This document shows, piece by piece, positions 51,832-60,090 of a stretch of 64,000 bases of DNA (the stretch's first letter is position 1; each line of letters starts with the position of its first letter). The stretch comes from an uncultured Saprospiraceae bacterium. Lineage in GTDB: Bacteria; Bacteroidota; Bacteroidia; Chitinophagales; Saprospiraceae. The notes beneath the pieces are model-generated. The model saw nothing but the letters and a program-made list of their open reading frames with translations, did no database searches and was not told the DNA's origin. The position numbers were made by a program, and so were the translations under genes. The stretch covers positions 1-64,000 of the forward strand of contig CALGNN010000087.1 in assembly GCA_937961455.1 (NCBI GenBank), read 5' to 3'.

Positions 51832-53691
51832 ATGACAGAACATTTTACATGGAAGCACTCTTCAGAAAACTATGAAACTCCTATATCAAAGGAGATCATT
51901 AGTGCAATTCATAATGGTTCAGCATATTTAAAGGAACATAACACCGCGCAACTCACTATTAGTGGTTGGTACCTCAAAGATGAAAACTACAAAGGCAGCC
52001 TTTCAGATTTAGGCATTGCAAGAGCAAATAAAATAAAAAAACTATTCCTTGACAAAGGTGTCCTTGCACAGCAAATCCTAGTTACATCTAAAATCAAAGC
52101 TGAAAATTTAGCAAAGGATAATCTCTTGACACATGGCGTAGATTTTTCATTTAATCAAGACGCCCCGACAGACACAATGAAAGCACTTTTGTTTGTCCAA
52201 ACAGAAACAAGCATGGCAAAAAGCAGCTCGAAAAAACAAAAAGAAATGGCCTTAAGTACAGACAAGAAAGACAGTCTTGAAAAAAACCCTATGGCTAAGA
52301 AAGTAAAACCTAAGAAAAAAAGGAGATGGGTTCTACCCGTACTCATTTTGGCCATTGGAGCGATGGTAGCTGCAGCCTACTTCCAATCAAAAAATAAAAA
52401 AAGTGGAACAGAGGTAGAATTAGCAGAAGCTGAACTACGTAAAATTCATGAGACTGTTTCTGCAAGTGGAAAAATTTTTCCTATCCAAGAAGTTAAAATT
52501 TCGTCAGATGTATCAGGTGAGATCATTGATCTTTATGTAAAAGAAGGTGACTCAGTAAGAGCAGGACAAATCCTTGTAAGAATTGATTCAGAAGTGTATG
52601 CTTCGGCAGTAGAAAGAGGCAATGCTTCTGTCGCAGGATCTCAATCTAGACTGGAACAAGCCAGAGCGAGTGCCACCAGCAGTGAAGCTAATATCTCCAC
52701 ACTGAGAACACAATTGGATCAAGCTAAAAATGTTTTAAATAGATCAAAAAAATTATTTGAAGAAGGGGTAATTGCTGAAGCAGAATATGAAAATGCGCAA
52801 GCTGAGGTGAATCGATTAGAAGCTAGTATCCAAGCTTCTATTGCTACAGCCGCCTCTGCTAATGCAAGTATTAAATCTGCTCAGTCGGATGTGCAAAGCG
52901 CGCAAGCTTCATTAAAAGAGCTGCGAACCAATCTCAGCAGAACAACCATCAAAGCACCAAGTAGTGGTGTGATATCTGTTTTAAATGTGGAACAAGGTGA
53001 GCGTGTAGTAGGAACCGCACAAATGACCGGAACAGAAATGATGCGAATAGCTAATATGAATACTATGGAGGTGCAGGTTGAAGTAAGTGAGAATGATATA
53101 CTAAGAGTCTCTTTAGCAGATAGTGTATCAGTTGATGTTGATGCCTATCTCGATAGAAGATTTTCAGGTGTTGTAAGTGAAATTGCTAACTCTGCTGTCA
53201 ATACAGGCACAGGTGCCTCATTGACTTCAGATGAAGTCACCAATTTCATTGTTACTATTATTATCAATCCAGATAGTTACAGAGATATTATTGATGCTGG
53301 TAAAATCCCATTTAGACCAGGAATGTCTGCCTCAGTTGATATCAACACAGAAACTAAAGAATGCATAACTGTGCCTATTCAAGCAGTTACAACCAGAGAT
53401 AAAGAAGCCTTCAATAAAGCAAAAAAATCCAAAAAGAAAGTTGACCTAGATGATTTGGATGAAGAGGACTTGGCTGAGGTTGTATTCATCAAACAAGCTG
53501 ATACTGTATCGATGGTCAAAGTAGTCACAGGTATTCAAGATGACGAATTTATTGAAGTTCAAGAAGGCATCAAGGAGGGTGATGTGGTTGTATCAGGGCC
53601 TTACTCTGTCGTAAGTAGAAAACTAGAAGAAGGAGAAGAAGTCTCTGAAAAAGACGACAAAGAGGAAGAAACAGATGAAGATGACAGCTAA
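51832..53691 (+). CDS. HlyD-family membrane-fusion (periplasmic adaptor) protein with an extended N-terminal cytoplasmic region
   Basis: The polybasic anchor region (MAKKVKPKKKRRWVLPVLILAIGAMV) is followed by biotinyl-lipoyl, long coiled-coil and beta-barrel regions and an acidic tail. About 150 aa precede the TM anchor in the same frame. Confidence 0.7.
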   Translation: MTEHFTWKHSSENYETPISKEIISAIHNGSAYLKEHNTAQLTISGWYLKDENYKGSLSDLGIARANKIKKLFLDKGVLAQQILVTSKIKAENLAKDNLLTHGVDFSFNQDAPTDTMKALLFVQTETSMAKSSSKKQKEMALSTDKKDSLEKNPMAKKVKPKKKRRWVLPVLILAIGAMVAAAYFQSKNKKSGTEVELAEAELRKIHETVSASGKIFPIQEVKISSDVSGEIIDLYVKEGDSVRAGQILVRIDSEVYASAVERGNASVAGSQSRLEQARASATSSEANISTLRTQLDQAKNVLNRSKKLFEEGVIAEAEYENAQAEVNRLEASIQASIATAASANASIKSAQSDVQSAQASLKELRTNLSRTTIKAPSSGVISVLNVEQGERVVGTAQMTGTEMMRIANMNTMEVQVEVSENDILRVSLADSVSVDVDAYLDRRFSGVVSEIANSAVNTGTGASLTSDEVTNFIVTIIINPDSYRDIIDAGKIPFRPGMSASVDINTETKECITVPIQAVTTRDKEAFNKAKKSKKKVDLDDLDEEDLAEVVFIKQADTVSMVKVVTGIQDDEFIEVQEGIKEGDVVVSGPYSVVSRKLEEGEEVSEKDDKEEETDEDDS

Positions 53692-54292
53692 TGCATCTCA
53701 TGCAATTATCACTTTCATCAAGAATCCTGTTTTAGGTAAGGTCAAAACCAGACTCGCAAAAACCATAGGAGATGAGGCTGCTCTGGCTGCTTATAAGCAG
53801 TTATTGAATCATACGAGATCCGTCGTAATTCAATCTGAAGCTAAGGCCTATCTTTTTTATGATCAACAAATCCAAAAGGATGATTTTTTGGAAAAAGACT
53901 TCCACAAAAAATTACAACATCCAGGAGATTTAGGCGCACGTATCAATCACGCTTTTAATGAAGTATTTCAAAACAATCATACCAAAGTATTGATTATTGG
54001 AAGTGATTGCCCTGATATCAATCCTGAGATTATATCTGAAGCTTTTGCCTCTTTGGATGAACACGATTTTTGCATAGGACCGACTGAAGATCAAGGTTAC
54101 TACTTATTGGGAATGAAAGAAATGCAATCATTTCCCTTTGAGGGCATCAGTTGGAGTACCGAAAAAGTCCTTTCTCAGACTAAGGACAAAATCAAGGGTC
54201 AAAATAAAACCTGCGCTATTCTTAAAGAATTATATGATGTTGACTTTGAGAAAGAATGGAAGCGTTCTCACTTATATAGAAAGGTGAAATAA
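53675..54292 (+). CDS. DUF2064 / TIGR04282-like glycosyltransferase-fold protein
   Basis: AIITFIKNPVLGKVKTRLA and VLIIGSDCPD match the DUF2064 family. Overlaps the HlyD gene end by 17 nt. Confidence 0.5.
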   Translation: MKMTANASHAIITFIKNPVLGKVKTRLAKTIGDEAALAAYKQLLNHTRSVVIQSEAKAYLFYDQQIQKDDFLEKDFHKKLQHPGDLGARINHAFNEVFQNNHTKVLIIGSDCPDINPEIISEAFASLDEHDFCIGPTEDQGYYLLGMKEMQSFPFEGISWSTEKVLSQTKDKIKGQNKTCAILKELYDVDFEKEWKRSHLYRKVK

Positions 54293-54310
54293 TTTTTTTT
54301 TCAATTCTTT

Positions 54311-54337
54311 GTAACATTTTTGAAACCCATCCGTAAT
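54311..54337 (+). promoter_or_regulatory. Candidate ECF-sigma-type promoter (GTAAC-N16-CGTAAT) upstream of the ECF sigma gene
   Basis: AAC at 54313-15 and CGT at 54332-34 are separated by 16 nt, ~30 nt upstream of the TTG start at 54365. This fits the AAC-N16-CGT autoregulated ECF consensus. Confidence 0.45.
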
Positions 54338-54364
54338 TAGCTATACAAAACGACCTAATCAATT

Positions 54365-54871
54365 TTGAACACTTTTGAATACAATCGTACAGTGCATCAA
54401 TATTCGGACAGACTTTACCGGTATGCCCTTAAATTGACTAGAGATGCAGAATCTTCAAAAGATCTTGTGCAAGAGAGCTTTTTGAAGTTGTGGATGAACA
54501 AAGATAAAGTGAAAGGAGATCATATAAAGCCATTCTTGTTCAGAGTACTTTATAATAAAATGATAGATGATAAGCGGAAAATGGGAAGAATCCAACATGT
54601 AGATGTAATACCAGAAAAGTCCGGTACAAAGAATGTGTTTGGTGAAGATAGAGACATCATCGATAAGGCATTTGCTCAATTAGAGGATAAACAAAGAGCT
54701 ATTATAATGCTGAGAGATTGGGACGGATACAGCTACGATGAAATTGCAAAGATTCTGAATATAAGTTTAAGCAATGTCAAAGTAAACTTATTCAGAGCCA
54801 GGAAGAAAATGAAATCGGTTATCAACGCTTTGGAGCATAACCATAAAAAAGAAAGTTATGAAAATAAATAA
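54365..54871 (+). CDS. RNA polymerase ECF-type sigma-70 factor
   Basis: 168 aa. Sigma-70 region 2 (DLVQESFLKLW) and region 4 HTH (YSYDEIAKILNISLSNVKVNLFRARKKM). Confidence 0.85.
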   Translation: MNTFEYNRTVHQYSDRLYRYALKLTRDAESSKDLVQESFLKLWMNKDKVKGDHIKPFLFRVLYNKMIDDKRKMGRIQHVDVIPEKSGTKNVFGEDRDIIDKAFAQLEDKQRAIIMLRDWDGYSYDEIAKILNISLSNVKVNLFRARKKMKSVINALEHNHKKESYENK

Positions 54872-55778
54872 GGTCAACTACGAAAATTTTGTCATCGACT
54901 ACCTTGAAGGTAGTTTGAGCCCTGATCTTAAAGCAGAATTTGATAGCTTTCTACAAGTTAACCCAAATGTATACGAAGAAATCAAATTGTATTTATCTGC
55001 CCCCGTATTAGCAGAACCAAATGAAACTGTATTTGCTGAAAAAGACCTCTTGAAAAGAAGGGTCATCTCCTATCGATGGCTAGGTAGCCTGGCTGCTGCG
55101 GTAGCTGTTCTTTTGATAGGGTCTTTTTTCTTTTTTAACGGTACAGATAATCAAGTTAATGTGGCAAGTATTCCAGATACAGTTAAGGAGACTCCTGCTC
55201 ATGAAAATACCATCTTGCAAAAAAACAGCAATCAGATACGTCCAGTTAATCCTTCTACTACTGTTGAAAACAAAGATATAGCAGCACTTGAAAATAAAGA
55301 TGCCACTATTAAGAAAAATGTTTTGGACATGGAAAAACCATCGCTCAAAGTACTTGAAGAAAATGCACCAATTTTAGAAGAAGGATTTGAAGTGAACGAA
55401 AACAGTAATCAACTTAATGCGTATCAACTTGCTTCAACTGATACTTATCAGCCAGCAAAGAAAGAGCAAAATTTTTCTACGCAAACAAAAAAGGCAGTCC
55501 GTGAAAGTCTTAATATCGAAGACATCAAAGCGCTTCCATTTGAAACTGTAGCTACCATTGAAAATACTCATGTGATCTATGTGCCCAATGCTAATTATGC
55601 ATTCAATGTGGAAGCAAAAGAGACAACAAAGAACAACAAGATTATAGATTTATTTATGACAAAGGCTTATGATGATGTGGACCTTAAGGAAGCCATAGTT
55701 GCAAATAATCTAGATCGATTGAATATATCAAAGGATAAGATTAGAGAAATGATTTTACCTGAATCCATTCTAAATTAA
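54858..55778 (+). CDS. Putative anti-sigma factor (single-pass membrane protein)
   Basis: Overlaps the sigma gene end by 14 nt. The N-terminal ~60-aa cytoplasmic helix region precedes one TM (WLGSLAAAVAVLLIGSFFFF) and a periplasmic tail. Confidence 0.5.
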   Translation: MKINKVNYENFVIDYLEGSLSPDLKAEFDSFLQVNPNVYEEIKLYLSAPVLAEPNETVFAEKDLLKRRVISYRWLGSLAAAVAVLLIGSFFFFNGTDNQVNVASIPDTVKETPAHENTILQKNSNQIRPVNPSTTVENKDIAALENKDATIKKNVLDMEKPSLKVLEENAPILEEGFEVNENSNQLNAYQLASTDTYQPAKKEQNFSTQTKKAVRESLNIEDIKALPFETVATIENTHVIYVPNANYAFNVEAKETTKNNKIIDLFMTKAYDDVDLKEAIVANNLDRLNISKDKIREMILPESILN

Positions 55779-55790
55779 AAGATTACCAAA

Positions 55791-56672
55791 ATGAAAAATA
55801 TTACCAAATTATTAAGTCTGCTTATCATGCTATTCATGTGCCAGACCCTGCAAGCCCAAAAAGATACCATTATCGTCAAAACTAAAAATGACACAATCCT
55901 CACTATCAAGGTGGATAAGGATAAAGACAATGTAGACATCGAAATCTTAGATGATGACGATGATGAAGAATACGACCACGATGAAGACTGGGATGAAGAC
56001 TGGGATGATGATGACGATGATGATAAAAAAAGCAGAGCAAAGATCAGACTTGGAATGCTAGACATAGGAATTAGTGCATATCAAACTGAAGAGACGGGTT
56101 TTAACATGCCTTCAGAATTGGAATACATGGAGCAAAAATTCATTAATTCTACACACGTAGGATGGCATGTAGTTAATCTCAAGTTACCTTTAGCAGCGAA
56201 AGGAAAACCTGTGCTTTTCGGAATATCTACAGGACTGGTTGCAAACTTTAGTAAGTATAGTTTTGAAAATGACTTTAGATTGTCAACAGAAGCAGCAAGA
56301 TTTGAAGATGCCGTTTCTTTCACTGAAGAATCATTTGATAAGAATAGGTTGTCAGCTGTGTATGCTGCGGTACCAGTCTTACTAGAGTTTAATAGCAATC
56401 CAGCAAAGTCATCTAAGTCATTTAACTTATCAGCTGGATATGTTCACAACTTCTTATTGACTGCCAACCACAAGCTGAAAAATAATGACATTGGGAAAGT
56501 GAAAGTTAAAAACAATTTTCACCTGAGAAAAAATTACGGCATGTTGGAAGGAAGAATAGGATATGGCCCACTTAACTTTTATGTACAATATGGACTGGAC
56601 AACATGTTTCAAGATAATGAAGGACCGGAATTAAGACCGATTAATTTCGGAGTCAATATTATTCCGCGATAG
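55791..56672 (+). CDS. Outer-membrane beta-barrel protein with an acidic Asp/Glu-rich tract
   Basis: Signal peptide. DDDDDEEYDHDEDWDEDWDDDDDDD low-complexity tract, then alternating amphipathic beta strands ending in an aromatic-rich C-terminus. It is the third gene of the sigma/anti-sigma unit. Confidence 0.5.
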   Translation: MKNITKLLSLLIMLFMCQTLQAQKDTIIVKTKNDTILTIKVDKDKDNVDIEILDDDDDEEYDHDEDWDEDWDDDDDDDKKSRAKIRLGMLDIGISAYQTEETGFNMPSELEYMEQKFINSTHVGWHVVNLKLPLAAKGKPVLFGISTGLVANFSKYSFENDFRLSTEAARFEDAVSFTEESFDKNRLSAVYAAVPVLLEFNSNPAKSSKSFNLSAGYVHNFLLTANHKLKNNDIGKVKVKNNFHLRKNYGMLEGRIGYGPLNFYVQYGLDNMFQDNEGPELRPINFGVNIIPR

Positions 56673-56695
56673 TTACATTTTTAAATACATCTAAG

Positions 56696-56726
56696 ACCTG
56701 TCAGTTCTTGCTGGCAGGTTTTTTTA
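56696..56726 (+). terminator. Intrinsic terminator after the beta-barrel gene
   Basis: Stem ACCTGTCAG / CTGGCAGGT (one G-U pair) with a TTCTTG loop, followed by TTTTTTTATTT. Confidence 0.6.
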
Positions 56727-57734
56727 TTTGCCTTCTGTATAAATATAGGCTCTTAAATCTTCTAGCTGACGTTCCGACATTCTGTCGACCGTATAGTGTG
56801 GCATGTAGCTTCGTTTTCCATATAATGGTTGCGTTCCATATCTGGCTACTTGATACACTGATCTTCTATTGTACTTTGGAAAATTCTTCTTCAAATAATT
56901 TAGGCTCAATTTAGATTCATCTAATTGCAAAAAAGAAAATTTCCCATTTTCATGGCAATGTAGGCAGCTATGATCATAGATCAATTCGCCTCTATATGCA
57001 TTACCAGTGAGATCTAAACTTCTATTTTCTGGAGGATCTACGAAGGTAGCTGGCGAAGCGATACTATACTTTGATTGAATGAGATTTGCCGCTGCTTTTT
57101 TATCATCAATGGATTTTGAATCAAAAGCATTATCCACATTTTGAAGTTCTTGTGCACTTAGGTCAAGATCCTTTATTTTCAGATCGATCGTATTGAGATA
57201 TGCAACTACTGATTCCATCTCCCAACTTTTCAATTTTCTTCCTTGCGCACATTCCGTTGCACAAAGCTGAATTGCTGACCTCAAATCATTTCGAGCATCA
57301 TCTACCAAGTCACCATATTTTTTCACGTAGTCATCATTGTAGTAGTGCGTTCTATTGACCACACCATACAATGTAGTGGCTTGCAAAAATGGAAGATCAT
57401 TTTCCACAGCATAGGCTAAACGGTCTTCTGGATTTGGCGAAGAAAGCACAGGATCTTCCTTAACCAAATTGTGGCAAGCTACACAGGTAAAATGTTTACT
57501 TTGCTTTTTGACCTTTCTTCCACTTAAAGTTTCACCATACTTTACAATCTCCTCTCCTATTTCAACAGAGACTTTATTTTTATCCAATAAGGGAAGATTA
57601 TGAGGATCAACATCAAATTGTTTTAAAACCTCTGAGACTTTTCGTTCTTCTAGATCTCTGTAATTTTCATTATCGAATAAACCAGGTGCGATACTGGTCA
57701 ATAAAACAATGCAAAACATGATCAAATACTTCAT
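56724..57734 (-). CDS. Di-heme c-type cytochrome (secreted)
   Basis: Signal peptide. Two CXXCH motifs (CVACH, CLHCH). Each is followed by a class-I cytochrome-like distal Met/helix segment (ESVVAYL; MPHYT...LSERQLEDLRAYI). Confidence 0.7.
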   Translation of the reverse strand: MKYLIMFCIVLLTSIAPGLFDNENYRDLEERKVSEVLKQFDVDPHNLPLLDKNKVSVEIGEEIVKYGETLSGRKVKKQSKHFTCVACHNLVKEDPVLSSPNPEDRLAYAVENDLPFLQATTLYGVVNRTHYYNDDYVKKYGDLVDDARNDLRSAIQLCATECAQGRKLKSWEMESVVAYLNTIDLKIKDLDLSAQELQNVDNAFDSKSIDDKKAAANLIQSKYSIASPATFVDPPENRSLDLTGNAYRGELIYDHSCLHCHENGKFSFLQLDESKLSLNYLKKNFPKYNRRSVYQVARYGTQPLYGKRSYMPHYTVDRMSERQLEDLRAYIYTEGK

Positions 57735-58600
57735 ATATTAAAAAGTCTTGATATAGTAAATCCCATTCTAAATTGGCCGTCAAACCAATTGCTGGTGGTA
57801 TTAGGAATATAATCCGTTTCTATAATTGCTTGTGAATTGGTAAAATTTAATTGAAAAATATGTCCACCACCTGTTTCAAATTCAAAGCCCAATCCTAATG
57901 AAGGATGGTACCCATTTTCTTCTGTTCGCAATGCAGAAAAAGGATAGTTGAGATCAATGATTAATCCCAACCATTTATTTACATTGATTCTACTTGCAAA
58001 ACCTGCACTTATAATTCCATTTTCATCGTTTTCATTCACCAAGTTTCTATGTGTATAAGATCCATGAATTTGCAAAGAAAAATTGCTAGAAAATCGTTTT
58101 GCCAAAATAATTTGTGAATGGTAAGACATTCTATGAATGGATTCAGGAAAACTATTAAGTAAATCAGTATTGGTAGATTTTGACATAGTCGATCCTGAAG
58201 CTAATAGTAATAAGGTCATATCAATTCCATCATCCGTATTGGCACCTACTAATTGATACTTGGCAAAGCCATTGACTAATTGCTTCAAAGGACCCACTCC
58301 CTTCGTTCTGTTTAATCCAATCATAAATTTATCACTGATGCCATACTCAGCTCCTATCATTACATCTGCTACATTTTCTAGGCCATAAAAAGTTGGCCAG
58401 CCTCCATTTGTGCCTAATAAGTCACCAAAACGATGGGCAATTCTAATATCCAAATTACCAGCTTTAAGTGTTTCACTCGAATGTGTATTAATGACACGGG
58501 TATCCTTAAATGTTTGACCATAGGTTGCACTCACAAAAAATAGGAGTAACATTAAGACACAAATAATTGGATAAAATTTATTTCTATTCTGCATAATCAT
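57731..58600 (-). CDS. DUF5777-like outer-membrane beta-barrel protein
   Basis: 289 aa. Signal peptide and alternating amphipathic beta strands. The stop overlaps the downstream cytochrome start (ATGA), and the start overlaps the upstream small cytochrome gene by 17 nt. Confidence 0.5.
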   Translation of the reverse strand: MIMQNRNKFYPIICVLMLLLFFVSATYGQTFKDTRVINTHSSETLKAGNLDIRIAHRFGDLLGTNGGWPTFYGLENVADVMIGAEYGISDKFMIGLNRTKGVGPLKQLVNGFAKYQLVGANTDDGIDMTLLLLASGSTMSKSTNTDLLNSFPESIHRMSYHSQIILAKRFSSNFSLQIHGSYTHRNLVNENDENGIISAGFASRINVNKWLGLIIDLNYPFSALRTEENGYHPSLGLGFEFETGGGHIFQLNFTNSQAIIETDYIPNTTSNWFDGQFRMGFTISRLFNI

Positions 58601-58949
58601 TTTCTATCCAACATTTAATGATGTTTAATTCTTCTTCGGTTAACATAGTAGGACCTGTAGCATATTCAGGCGGCATATTTTGTTGGGTAACTACTCGATT
58701 CCCAAATTTTGCTTGATTCAACATAGGCTCCATGCTCGTATAGCTGGTAAAATCACCACTAGCAAAACCAGATACGTGACATCCTGTATAGGAACAATTC
58801 GTTTCAATAATGGCTTTTGCTTGATTGGTATAAGTTACTGGAGTATCACATACCAAAGGATCAACCATCACTTCGAGTTTGTCAAAACTACAGGAGGCTA
58901 AGCTTGCTAATAAGACTATATATATGGGTAAAAAATTCTTATAATTCAT
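58584..58949 (-). CDS. Small lipoprotein with a CX4CH (CSYTGCH) heme-like motif and a class-I cytochrome c-like C-terminus
   Basis: 121 aa. Lipobox LLASLASC, CSYTGCH, and NMPPEYATGPTMLTEEELNIIKCWIENDY resembling the Met-ligand loop plus C-terminal helix of small c-type cytochromes. Confidence 0.5.
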   Translation of the reverse strand: MNYKNFLPIYIVLLASLASCSFDKLEVMVDPLVCDTPVTYTNQAKAIIETNCSYTGCHVSGFASGDFTSYTSMEPMLNQAKFGNRVVTQQNMPPEYATGPTMLTEEELNIIKCWIENDYAE

Positions 58950-59031
58950 ATTGAGCTTGAAAATAAAAATAAATGAAGAAACAATTTCAGCATTTCTTAT
59001 GTTATTTTCGTGTTATAAAAATTAAAACAGC

Positions 59032-59445
59032 ATGTATCCACCAGAATTAGTTATCCCTAGAGTAAAAGATCTGACAGATTTCGGATTTAACTCCCTTAAT
59101 AATGCAGAAGAAGTAACCACTGCACTTAGTAATAACGAGGGAACGTCCTTTGTCGTTGTCAATTCAATTTGTGGCTGTGCTGCAGCTCATGCACGTCCAG
59201 GTGCAAAAAGAGCATTGTTAAATGATAAGAGACCAGAGAACTTATACACCGTATTTGCTGGTGTGCAAAGAGACGCTACTGATAAAGTAAGAGAGTTTAT
59301 GCTACCTTATCCACCTTCTTCTCCTTCAATGGCATTATTTAAAAATGGCGAATTGGTATTCGTACTAGAAAGAAGAGAAATTGAAGGCAGCAACGATGAG
59401 ATGATTGCTGCTAAACTTAAGGCCGCATTTGACGAGCACTGTTAA
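59032..59445 (+). CDS. Bacilliredoxin BrxA/BrxB (DUF1094/YphP-YqiW family)
   Basis: 137 aa. CGC active-site motif (SICGCAAAHARP) in a thioredoxin-like context (TSFVVVNS). Confidence 0.7.
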   Translation: MYPPELVIPRVKDLTDFGFNSLNNAEEVTTALSNNEGTSFVVVNSICGCAAAHARPGAKRALLNDKRPENLYTVFAGVQRDATDKVREFMLPYPPSSPSMALFKNGELVFVLERREIEGSNDEMIAAKLKAAFDEHC

Positions 59446-60090
59446 TCAAGGAGCTAGTCTCTCAATTATCCATGTTCCATCTTTCTGAGTATATCTGAAT
59501 CGATCATGCAATCGGCTTCTTCTGCCCTGCCAGAATTCGAATGTTGAAATAATGATTCTGTATCCTCCCCAATGATCTGGAGCAGGAATATTTTCTTCAT
59601 CTTTAAATCGCGTTTCCATCTCTTCCATTTTTGATTCTAAAACTCCCCTAGAATCAATATTAGATGATTGATCAGACGCCCAAGCTCCTAATTGAGATTT
59701 TCTTGGTCTGGTAGCAAAGTACTTATTTGATTGTTCACGACTCACTTTTTCTGCAAGGCCACTTATTCGAACCTGCGTTTGCATCTCTTTCCATAAAAAT
59801 ACTGCAGATACTTTCGGGTCATGAGCGATATCTTTCGCTTTATCACTGGTATAATTGGTATAAAAGACAAAAGCATCTTTTTCGATTTCTTTTAGAAGGA
59901 CAATCCTGGTTTGTGGATATCCTTCTTCAGAAATGGTAGAGAGTGCCATAGCATTTGGCTCATGGACCTTTTCTTCAACGGCAATTTGTAAATAACTTTT
60001 AAATTGTTCAAAAGGATCTACATGCAAGTCTGATCTATTTAAACTAGACCTTTCATACTGTTCCCTAAATTGATGTAATTCTTTATTCAC
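59446..60090 (-). CDS. pdxH: Pyridoxamine 5'-phosphate oxidase
   Basis: 214 aa. FMN-binding PNPOx motifs (MALSTISEEGYPQTRIVLLK, RLHDRFRY). Convergent with and abutting the brx gene. Confidence 0.85.
   Translation of the reverse strand: MNKELHQFREQYERSSLNRSDLHVDPFEQFKSYLQIAVEEKVHEPNAMALSTISEEGYPQTRIVLLKEIEKDAFVFYTNYTSDKAKDIAHDPKVSAVFLWKEMQTQVRISGLAEKVSREQSNKYFATRPRKSQLGAWASDQSSNIDSRGVLESKMEEMETRFKDEENIPAPDHWGGYRIIISTFEFWQGRRSRLHDRFRYTQKDGTWIIERLAP

Noticed and set aside
55775-56065. 96-aa minus-strand ORF with poly-Ser (SSSSSSSQSSSQSSS)
   Set aside because: Antisense shadow of the GAT/GAA-rich acidic tract in the outer-membrane barrel gene. It begins inside that gene and has no independent signals.
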